NCBI GenBank assembly: GCA_050250935.1
Contig: JBFWNS010000006.1
Span: forward strand, 1-64,000
Reading direction: 5' to 3'
DNA: 64,000 nt
From: Candidatus Margulisiibacteriota bacterium
Lineage (GTDB): Bacteria > Margulisbacteria > Marinamargulisbacteria > JBFWNS01
Position 1 is the first letter of the stretch. Every line of letters begins with the position of its first letter. The notes under the pieces were generated by a model that was given only the letters and a program-made list of their open reading frames with translations, was not told the origin of the DNA and ran no database searches. A program made the translations under genes and the position numbers. Shown piece by piece: positions 39,869 to 48,600 of this stretch.

Positions 39869-40879
39869 ATGTTTTCACAAGCTAGTAAAGTCTGTGGCCT
39901 GGGTCTGATTTGTGCGATGGCGTTGGTATTGGGATGTGGAAGCACGGTGTCTGCTGCATCGGTGCAGCCTTTGGATTATGGAGTTCCCTCGAATTGGGCG
40001 GCATTGCCAGGAAAAGACAGTGGCGCCAGTTTTGTGCCCGATGGGTATACCGTTGCGGGGGCTTCGGCTGGGGTCGATCTTTTTTATCTGTATCCAACGT
40101 GGTATGAAGGGCCAGAACCCAACGCAGAAATCGACAATCCAGATACCCAAGATGTTGTGGATTTTATGCTGAAGACCCAAGCCAGTGCCTTTAATGGCTG
40201 TGCCCAAATTTATGCACCGTATTATCGGCAAATTTCACTTCAAGGGTTTGATACCGGGGCCTATTCCAAGGCGCAACGTGCAGCCTTCGCCGAAAAAGCC
40301 TATGGGGATGTCAAAGCGGCTTTTGCGTATTATCTGGCACACCATAACCAGGGTCGTCGGTTTTTTATCTTGGGGCATAGCCAAGGAAGCCAGATGGCGG
40401 TTCGATTAATCAAAGAAACCCTGGATGGAACCCCCCTTCAAAAGCAGTTGATCTGCGCCTATCTGATTGGGGAACGGGTGGGAACCCAAACCTTTTCTGT
40501 GCTCAAGCTGGGGCAGACGCCGACCGAGAATCAATGTTTTGTGTCCTATGCCACCTTTGAAGAAGGGGCAGACCCAGGGCGATCCTCCTTTTTGACGGGT
40601 GCCTATTTGAAGGGCAGTCCCTTGTGTGTGAATCCTTTTACCTGGACGGCAACGTCGGCTTCTCAAAAACCAACGGTTGCTTCGGTTGGACTTCAAGAAG
40701 ATTTGGTCTTGGTTCAACAGCCCATCGAAAAAGCCAGAGTGGCCAAGGGGGTATTGTTTATTACCCACCCGCGTGGCGAATTCGATGCGGATGGTAAAGA
40801 CTATCACTTGTCCGACATCAACCTGTTTTGGGGGGATATCCGCGCCAATGCCCAGTTGAGAGCTGCACAGACCCCATAA
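39869..40879 (+). CDS. DUF3089-like alpha/beta hydrolase, exported or lipoprotein
   Basis: VDLFYLYPT, YAPYYRQ, GHSQGS nucleophile elbow, CVNP, YHLSD. Confidence 0.8.
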   Translation: MFSQASKVCGLGLICAMALVLGCGSTVSAASVQPLDYGVPSNWAALPGKDSGASFVPDGYTVAGASAGVDLFYLYPTWYEGPEPNAEIDNPDTQDVVDFMLKTQASAFNGCAQIYAPYYRQISLQGFDTGAYSKAQRAAFAEKAYGDVKAAFAYYLAHHNQGRRFFILGHSQGSQMAVRLIKETLDGTPLQKQLICAYLIGERVGTQTFSVLKLGQTPTENQCFVSYATFEEGADPGRSSFLTGAYLKGSPLCVNPFTWTATSASQKPTVASVGLQEDLVLVQQPIEKARVAKGVLFITHPRGEFDADGKDYHLSDINLFWGDIRANAQLRAAQTP

Positions 40880-41773
40880 TCAGCCGCGGGGGTGGGCCGT
40901 TTTGATGGTTTTGGCCAGATGGTCGGTACTGACGTGGGTGTAAATCTGGGTGGTGTTGAGGCTGCTGTGCCCCAAAAGCTCTTGAATGGCCCGTAGATCG
41001 GCTCCGCCATTGTACAAGGCTGTGGCAAAGGAATGCCGTAGAACGTGAGGGGTCACATCGACTGGAAGATCGGCCAGCTGGCCCTGGGTTTTAACCATGG
41101 TTTGGATGCTGCGAACAGAGAGTCCTTGGCCTTTTTGGTTCAAAAAAACCACATCGGTTTCGCCTTGAGGATCCCAGTTCGCCCTGCATTGCGACAGATA
41201 TTGGCACATCCATTCACAAGCAGGATCTCCAAAAATGACGATGCGTTCTTTACCGCCTTTCCCTTTAACGAGAGCTTCTTTGTCGTCGAGTCGAAGGTCT
41301 TGAAGTCGAAGGGCTGCCAATTCGGAAACCCGAAGCCCTGTGGCGAAGAGCCATTCACACAGGGTTCGATCTCGAATGCCGACCAAGGTGTTGGTGTCGA
41401 AACTGGCCAGTAAGCGCAACACCGCGTCTACCGATAGGGTGGTGGGTAAGGTTTTGGCAAGCTTTGGGGTCCGAATGCCCAGCCAAGGATTTTGATGTGC
41501 TTGGTCTGTGGCCAAAAGAAATTTCCAAAACGAGCGTAAACAGGCGATTTTTCGTGCAATCGATTTGGGCTTAAACCCAGACTGGTGCAGGTGGCTGATA
41601 TAGTGCCGACATCCCCGGCTGTCCAAAGCGGCAAGTGGTTGATCGTGGTTGCCCACAAAATCGAAAAAATGCTGAATATCGCGTTTGTAGTTGCTAAGGG
41701 TATGGATAGAAAAAAGGCGCTGGGTTCTAAGGTGATCCAAAAAGAATTGGCTTTGGGCCTCCCACGGGCTCAT
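40880..41773 (-). CDS. xerC: Tyrosine recombinase XerC/XerD
   Basis: TGLRVSEL, GKGGKER, TPHVLRHSFAT, QELLGHSSLNTTQIYTHV. Confidence 0.88.
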   Translation of the reverse strand: MSPWEAQSQFFLDHLRTQRLFSIHTLSNYKRDIQHFFDFVGNHDQPLAALDSRGCRHYISHLHQSGFKPKSIARKIACLRSFWKFLLATDQAHQNPWLGIRTPKLAKTLPTTLSVDAVLRLLASFDTNTLVGIRDRTLCEWLFATGLRVSELAALRLQDLRLDDKEALVKGKGGKERIVIFGDPACEWMCQYLSQCRANWDPQGETDVVFLNQKGQGLSVRSIQTMVKTQGQLADLPVDVTPHVLRHSFATALYNGGADLRAIQELLGHSSLNTTQIYTHVSTDHLAKTIKTAHPRG

Positions 41774-42216
41774 TCGACCAACAGATCGTCCCGGTTTTGG
41801 TGGGTCAGCTCGAATTCTTTGCCATTTTTAACCACCCAGGTATGCCGTTCGGGGAGTTTTCGGATATCCACATGAACATGGTTACCCGAAAAATCCAGCC
41901 CAATTCCCATAAATTCGGGAACCCCTTCGGCCAATTTAAAGGTTTCAATAAGGCTGAGGTTGTCGATGGTAATGTCGGCGGCCACGCCCAAGATGTGGTA
42001 GTTTCGTTTGATGGTGCCTTCTTTTTCGGCGGCATCCGAACAGCTGTAGCCTTTGATGATGTTGATGCGGTTTTGGGCTTTGTCCCGCAACAGTTCCAGG
42101 CCGCCTACAAGGCCGAGCCCTAGTTTAAAAGATTCGTTGCAAGTCCCACATTTGCAGGTAAAGTCCCGTTTTGAAAAGTGGTCTGAAATTTTGTTGGAGC
42201 GTCTGTTTTTAGCCAT
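41770..42216 (-). CDS. Peptidase M15 family (D-Ala-D-Ala carboxypeptidase-like)
   Basis: HFSKRDFTCKC, YHILGVAADI and HVHVDIR Zn-ligand motifs. Confidence 0.8.
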   Translation of the reverse strand: MAKNRRSNKISDHFSKRDFTCKCGTCNESFKLGLGLVGGLELLRDKAQNRINIIKGYSCSDAAEKEGTIKRNYHILGVAADITIDNLSLIETFKLAEGVPEFMGIGLDFSGNHVHVDIRKLPERHTWVVKNGKEFELTHQNRDDLLVE

Positions 42217-42249
42217 GGGTCTCTAGTGTAGTCGATTGGGTCAGAGGTC

Positions 42250-42882
42250 TCAAGAGGGTGTTGCGTAACTGTCGAGTGCGGCTTTGACTTCGAGGATGTC
42301 TTGCCAGGTGAGCCATTTGGGACTGCCTTTTTCTCGGCTCTGGTTGCGCAATAAATACGAAGGGTGAAACATGGGCATGATGTAGAGGGGGTCTTCCATA
42401 TAGGGAACGGCGGCCTTGTACCAGTTGCCCCGAACTTTAGAAATGGGTAAGGGTTCTTCTAGGATGGTTTTAAGCGAGGGAGAGCCCAGCAAAATTAAAA
42501 CCTTGGGTTTCACCAGTTGCACCTGACGAATCAGGTAGGGTTTGCAGGCTTCGATTTCTGGGGTTAAAGGGGTTCTGTTCCCTGGGGGGCGGCATTTGAC
42601 CACGTTGGCAATGTAGGCGTCGGTTTCGCGGTTAATGCCAGCGGATTCTAGAATTTTGGTTAGCAGTTGGCCGGCTTTGCCCACAAAGGGAACCCCTTGG
42701 AGGTCTTCTTGTTCGCCAGGGCCTTCGCCGATAATCATCAGGTTACTTGGGACTTTTCCCGATCCCACCACCACGTTGGTTCTGGTGCTGTGGAGGCCAC
42801 AGTTTTGGCAACTGGAGCAGATTTCTTTAAGTTGGTCGTAGCTGTGTTCGTCGTAGGGGGTTTTGGAAAAAAGATCGATCAT
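42250..42882 (-). CDS. udg: Uracil-DNA glycosylase family 4
   Basis: CQNC (Fe-S Cys), GEGPGEQED, PFVGKAG, KCRPPGNR, HPSYLLR. Confidence 0.93.
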   Translation of the reverse strand: MIDLFSKTPYDEHSYDQLKEICSSCQNCGLHSTRTNVVVGSGKVPSNLMIIGEGPGEQEDLQGVPFVGKAGQLLTKILESAGINRETDAYIANVVKCRPPGNRTPLTPEIEACKPYLIRQVQLVKPKVLILLGSPSLKTILEEPLPISKVRGNWYKAAVPYMEDPLYIMPMFHPSYLLRNQSREKGSPKWLTWQDILEVKAALDSYATPS

Positions 42883-42942
42883 GGCTCTATTCTAGTGCAT
42901 CCCCCCTTAGGCGGGTAGGGGTTTTGTGATACCCTATGTCTC

Positions 42943-44019
42943 ATGAGCCGAAAAAAAGGACGTCGAAAACCCAAACTTCGAATGGGTTGGCAATTGTGGG
43001 TGTTGTTTTCTTGTGCTGCAATTGCTTTGGCTTTTGGCCTGCTTTTAACCTGGTTTGTGTTTCAAATCTACATTCCGGTGTCCTATGAGGAACCGTCTAA
43101 GGTTGTCAAAATTCCCTATGGTTCCCATGCCGACGAAATTGGGAGGATTCTTAAAGAAAATGGACTCATTCGAAGCAGACATGCTTTTGCCTGGTATGCA
43201 CGGGTTTCCCATGTCAGTACCAAATTAAGGGCAGGCAAATACCGATTAAGCCCCGCTTATCCCATTCGAACCATGATGGTGGAATTGCAACATGCCAGTG
43301 GCATTTTAACCCGAGTTACCATTCCAGAAGGGTATACCGTTTGGCAAATCGGGCAAGTTCTGGATGATGAAGGCTTGATGCCCAAAGACCAGTTTGTGGC
43401 CTATATCCGAGATGGCGCTAAGCAAGACATGCTCAAAAAGCACCCTTTTTTAATGAAGGTGCCTACGGATAATATCGAAGGCTATTTGTTTCCAGATACC
43501 TATTTGTTTTCTCAAGGGGATACCAAACAAAAAATGGTGGATCGGTTTTTGACTCGATTCGAAGCTCAAATTTTGGCAGAATGGAAGGCAGCGCCCGAAG
43601 GTAAAGGAAGCGTGCGATCGCGTTTGTCTTTCCACGAGGCTGTTACTTTGGCTTCTATGGTTGAAAAAGAGGCACAGGGTACACGCGAAATGCCTTTAAT
43701 TGCTGGCGTTTTTTATCATCGCTTGGATCTGCGAATGCCCTTTGCTTCGGATCCCACTGTCATTTATGCCAAGGGATTGAGTCATCAGGCTCGGGTTACC
43801 TATCGGGATGTTGCCGTTGCTTCGCCCTATAACACCTATATTCATGTTGGATTGCCCCCAACGCCTATTGCCTCTCCTGGGCTTGATGCGTTTCGGGCTG
43901 TTTTGCAACCCACTAAAACCTATTATTTATTTTTTGTTGCTGATGGAACAGGCGGCCACAAATTTACAAAAACGTATGCTGATCACTTGGCTGTTCAAAA
44001 GGCCGCCCCGACAAAGTAA
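42943..44019 (+). CDS. mltG: Endolytic transglycosylase MltG
   Basis: N-terminal TM, TIPEG, EGYLFPDTY, LASMVEKE, SPYNTY...GLPPTPIASPG. Confidence 0.93.
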   Translation: MSRKKGRRKPKLRMGWQLWVLFSCAAIALAFGLLLTWFVFQIYIPVSYEEPSKVVKIPYGSHADEIGRILKENGLIRSRHAFAWYARVSHVSTKLRAGKYRLSPAYPIRTMMVELQHASGILTRVTIPEGYTVWQIGQVLDDEGLMPKDQFVAYIRDGAKQDMLKKHPFLMKVPTDNIEGYLFPDTYLFSQGDTKQKMVDRFLTRFEAQILAEWKAAPEGKGSVRSRLSFHEAVTLASMVEKEAQGTREMPLIAGVFYHRLDLRMPFASDPTVIYAKGLSHQARVTYRDVAVASPYNTYIHVGLPPTPIASPGLDAFRAVLQPTKTYYLFFVADGTGGHKFTKTYADHLAVQKAAPTK

Positions 44020-44034
44020 GGAAAAAGCGGGGAA

Positions 44035-44406
44035 TTAAAGCGGTTTATCTTCGGGTTCAATGGGTGGAATTTCTTTGGATTTTGAATAATCGAGAATCTG
44101 GAAATTTTCGGCCACGACTTCGGTGATCCAATGACGTTGATCATCTTTGTCGTAGTTTCGAACTTGAATGCGTCCCCAAACCAAAATAGCTGACCCTTTT
44201 TTGAGCAGCTGATAGGAAATCTCGGCGGTCCGTCCCCAAAGGCAGATGGGTATAAAATCCGTTTCTTTGGCTGTTCCTGGCCGACGGTATTGTCTTTCTA
44301 CTGCGAGAATAAATGTAGTTTTTGATTGGGTATTGGAAATTCGTTTAATTTCTGGATCCTTGGCCAATCGTCCCACAAGAGTGACTTGATTATAGTTTTG
44401 ACTCAT
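44035..44406 (-). CDS. ssb: Single-stranded DNA-binding protein
   Basis: NQVTLVGRLAKDPE, DFIPICLWG, LKKGS, TEVVAE; short acidic tail. Confidence 0.9.
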   Translation of the reverse strand: MSQNYNQVTLVGRLAKDPEIKRISNTQSKTTFILAVERQYRRPGTAKETDFIPICLWGRTAEISYQLLKKGSAILVWGRIQVRNYDKDDQRHWITEVVAENFQILDYSKSKEIPPIEPEDKPL

Positions 44407-44505
44407 CACCGACTCCTTACTTAGAATAGGGTATATATCTGTGTATTCCACCGACAAAGCGCCAGCTTGTTTTAGGGAACTCCTTCTGATATATACGATG
44501 CTAAA

Positions 44506-44534
44506 AATATACTGATTTCTAATAATCGCGTCAA
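44506..44534 (-). promoter_or_regulatory. Sigma70 promoter for ssb
   Basis: Minus strand TTGACG, 17-bp spacer, TATATT. Confidence 0.55.
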
Positions 44535-44610
44535 GAAAATATTTTGTACCTATTGCACTAACCTTCTGGTTGAACGCAAGAAAACCGTGGTAAAATTTCG
44601 ACTTTAAATC

Positions 44611-45681
44611 ATGAGGCTAGATTTATTTGACTATCACCTACCGGCCCATTTGATTGCAAATGAGCCCTCACCGGTTCGAGACCAAAGCCGATTGATGGTG
44701 GTTTCCCGCACCAGCGAGTCGGTTTTTCACCGTCGTTTTCAGGATATAGGTGACTATTTGAATCCTGGAGATGCCTTGGTTTTGAACAATACCAAGGTGT
44801 TTTGTGCCCGTTTAACGGCAAAAAAAAGCACGGGGGCGGTTCTCGAAGTCTTTTTGCTGCATCCCATCGACGATGAGGGGCAGGCCCTTCCCCTAAGCCA
44901 ACTGGATCCCCAAGCCAAGAGTGGGCTGTGGAAGATCTTGGTGAAGCCGGCCAAACGCATTAAGGCCCAAGATCGGTTGGTGGTGGATGCGCATTTATCG
45001 ATTTTGATTTGTTCCAAAGACCCAAGAGGTATTGTGGGGCATTTGGACTGTGATCGCCCCTTGCTCGAGTATTTGGATTCAACCGGGGATGTGCCCTTGC
45101 CGCCTTATATTCAGAGTTCTTTGTCCCGAGATGCGCTGTTGGATCGTTACCAAACCATTTATGCCGGCCCCCAAGGGTCTGTGGCTGCCCCGACCGCGGG
45201 ATTACATTTTACCCCCGATTTGCTTCAGAGGCTGGTGGCAAAGGGGGTAGAGCTGGTTTATGTGACCTTGCATGTGGGCTATGGTACTTTTCAGCCCATC
45301 ACAACGGACGATATTACCCAGCACCAAATGCACCCCGAATGGTATGATGTGTCTGAGCATGCCGCGGAAACCCTGAATCGGGTTCGTCGTTTGGGTGGGC
45401 GTGTCTTTGCGGTTGGAACCACTTCTGCGCGAACATTGGAGACGCTATTTCATGACCAGTATGTTGCAGGATCGGGCTACACCACGGCCTATTTTTATCC
45501 CGGATATACCTTTAAAGCCGTGGATGGCTTGGTGACCAATTTTCATTTGCCAAAATCGTCGCTGATGCTTTTGGTTTCGGCTTTGCTGGGCCGGGATCGG
45601 GTGATGACACTTTATGACTTGGCCATTGAAGAAGCGTATCGGTTTTTTAGTTTTGGCGATGCCATGATGGTCTTGCCGTGA
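44611..45681 (+). CDS. queA: SAM:tRNA ribosyltransferase-isomerase
   Basis: FDYHLP, VPLPPYI, YQTIYA, GSVAAPTAGLHF, TNFHLPKSSL, YRFFSFGDAM. Confidence 0.97.
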   Translation: MRLDLFDYHLPAHLIANEPSPVRDQSRLMVVSRTSESVFHRRFQDIGDYLNPGDALVLNNTKVFCARLTAKKSTGAVLEVFLLHPIDDEGQALPLSQLDPQAKSGLWKILVKPAKRIKAQDRLVVDAHLSILICSKDPRGIVGHLDCDRPLLEYLDSTGDVPLPPYIQSSLSRDALLDRYQTIYAGPQGSVAAPTAGLHFTPDLLQRLVAKGVELVYVTLHVGYGTFQPITTDDITQHQMHPEWYDVSEHAAETLNRVRRLGGRVFAVGTTSARTLETLFHDQYVAGSGYTTAYFYPGYTFKAVDGLVTNFHLPKSSLMLLVSALLGRDRVMTLYDLAIEEAYRFFSFGDAMMVLP

Positions 45682-48600
45682 GATGGCTTTGGGGGATTTT
45701 GGGGCTGGCTTTAATCCTGCCCGTTTTGGTTTTTGCTCAAGCGCCGGCTGCCGAAAAGGTGGCCTATGTTCGGGTTAATAAGCCCATAGCCCAGGTTAAA
45801 CAAGAGCCTTTTTCGGACACCAAGACCACGTTTTTGGTGTATCAATCCGGGGTTTTTCGGGTGATGGGCGATGTGAGCGGGTATTATTTGATCCAGTTTT
45901 TGGATGGGCAAGATGGGTGGTTGGCCAAAGAAGATGGGGATGTGTATGAAGGCCCTAGCCCGCCGCCACCCGAGCAAATGGGCTATGCCGATGTTTTTAT
46001 CCCCCCGCCCGAAACCCAATTGTCCGTTCCTGTGGAATTGAGTCCGACCCCGGCTATTCAATTGGCCGGAGATGATGGTCCCCAGCCCGCTGTGCCCACT
46101 GAAACCATTGTTCAAATGCCTATACCCGAATCCCCCTATTTGGATACCCCCAATCGCGATTCGTTTCGCTATCCCTTTCCGCCGCCGAATCCCTATCCCG
46201 ATTTGAACTTGGCTGGGTTTTACGAAGGTAAAATCAGTGGTCGGAATTACGAGCCGAAATCGGTGACGGATCCCCGGTGGAATACCATCCGAAACGACCC
46301 GATTTATAACAAACTGCCGCCCGATGTTTTGGTGGGCGATCCCCGCATCGAGTTGCGGTATCGGTTTAATGTGGATGGCAAATTGGATGAAGATTTGGCC
46401 GTGCACTATGACATCGAGCAAGAGCCAGATTTTCCTGGAAAATACGACATTAAAGTGAAGTACAAAAAAACAGAAATGACCTTCTGGCAATTTGATTCTG
46501 AATTCAAAAACGGGGAGTTTATCAACCTTCAACGGGCTTTGGATGGGTTCAAATTGACCTCGTACGACGACAATTGGGAAACCATTGTGGCTGTGGGTCG
46601 CCAGCGGTCAGAACCCAGAAAATACGACACCAATGGGGATGGGTCTAATATCATTAAATTGGGGAATACCTCGATTCTAGAAGGGTCTGTGAAGGTGTTT
46701 GTGAACAATGGCTTAAAAACCGAAGGGGTGGATTACACGATTAACTATTATTCGGGGGAAATTACCTTTAAAGAACGCAAAACCGTCGAGGACTTTATCC
46801 GGGTTATCTATGAATTTACCAATCCTATCGAGGATTTTTTACCGGTTTTATCGCGTAAAAACTTTATAGGGGGTCAGTTTATTTGGCGGTCGACGCCCAA
46901 GCCTGTCGAGACCAAGTATTCGGGAAAATCCACCGAAGAACTGTGGCCGAATCCCAGTGCTTCATCCAACGTGACGTTCAAACTTAAAAATTCCTACCTG
47001 GTTTTGGGAACCGAGATGCTGACCCTGAATAATCGGCCCTTAAGAAAAAACAAAGACTATACCCTCGATCAACAGGCTGGCACCATTACCCTGTTGGACG
47101 AAACCCTTGGCCCAGACGACCGTTTGGTGATGTCTTACGAGTACTATCAAATCGAAGACAATGCCGACGATTTAATCGGTTCAAACAGTACCGGGCCCTA
47201 TCTGTTAAGCCGAAAAAACATTCTGTTTGGGACGGTGTCGGTGGTTGCCAATGGATTGGCCATGACCGAAGGGGTGGACTATACCTTGGATTATGCGGCA
47301 GGGAAATTGAATTTTCGGTTTCCCATTGCCTATCCTTCAGTCATAACCGCGGTTTACAAGGCTGTAAAATCCTCTGTGGCCATTCCCAAAATTAAGGATG
47401 CCACCCCGTTTTCTGTTGGCGTAACCTATTTGAACGAATATGTTAGGTCCCAAGATCAGCAGTTGGAATCTGCGGTTCCTACCGAAACCTATACGGTTTC
47501 CAGCAACGTGTTTCATACCAATTCTTTTCCCATTAATCCTTCAAAAGATGTCACGGTCTTGGTGAATGGGGCCACGGCCAATGTGGTGGTCAGCAACCCC
47601 TATACCGGGGAAATTACCATTGTTTCGCCGGTGATTTCCGGTTCTGCCAAGGTGGATGTGACCTATACCTATCGCAAAAGTCTTCGGACCACGGCGATTT
47701 TCCAGGTTAAAAATCCCCGCAGTGATGGCTTGTACTCGACCCAAGCCAACGATTTCTTTTTAAAAGACACGCCGGTTAAGTATAAAGGCATCAGCTATAT
47801 CAGCATTTACAGGGGGGTAGAAATTCGTTTGGCCGATGGGCAGGATTTTATTTCGGATTACGATCCCAATGGCCAGCAAGGTCAGCAATTGGCGATTCGA
47901 TTTTTGAAGGCCGATCCCAGTAACCAATCGACGTTAACCGATCTGCCCCGAGCTGGGGAACGGATTACGATTGTCTATGACTATACCCCAGCTTCGAGTC
48001 CCGATCCTGGCAACATCGACCAAAAAATGGTGGGCCTGACTTTTGGGGCCAAGCTTACCGATGAATTGTCGGTGAATACCGAGGTTGCTGGGGCTCAGAA
48101 CAACTTTGAACGCCCGAAAAAATCCACCACCTTTACCCAAGCTGGGACCGGCCAAGACAGCACGGAATATATTTTGGGCCAGAATAACATCGTTGAAAAT
48201 TCGGAATATGTCTATTTGGACAACCGTCTTCAAACCAAAGACCGGGATTATGTCATTAACTATTTGAACGGTCGGTTGCGGTTTCGCAATTTAACCCCGG
48301 GTCCCAATAATACCATTCGGGTGGACTATGACTATTTTGATACCACAGCTGTTACCAAGGCAGGGGTTGAAAAAGACTTTAAATTTGCCACGAAAGTAGG
48401 CGTGGCCTATAAAACCGATACCTTGGACATTAAAACCAGTTTGAAGAACATCGATCGCGATTTTGTGCCCTTGGCCCCCATTCAAGATCCCAAAGGATCT
48501 ACAGCGTTTACCAATGCTGTGGTGTGGAAGCTGTCGCCTTTGGAAACCCTCAGCACAGACTACAACCATTTTCAGATTTTTAGGGCCAAAAAAGACAACA

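Noticed and set aside
40880..41773. Tyrosine recombinase as an island or prophage integrase
   Set aside because: Size and motifs fit chromosomal XerC/D, the context is housekeeping, and there are no adjacent att sites or phage genes.
42250..44406. udg, mltG and ssb as a prophage remnant
   Set aside because: All look like ordinary host genes with host-like composition, and no structural phage genes are present.
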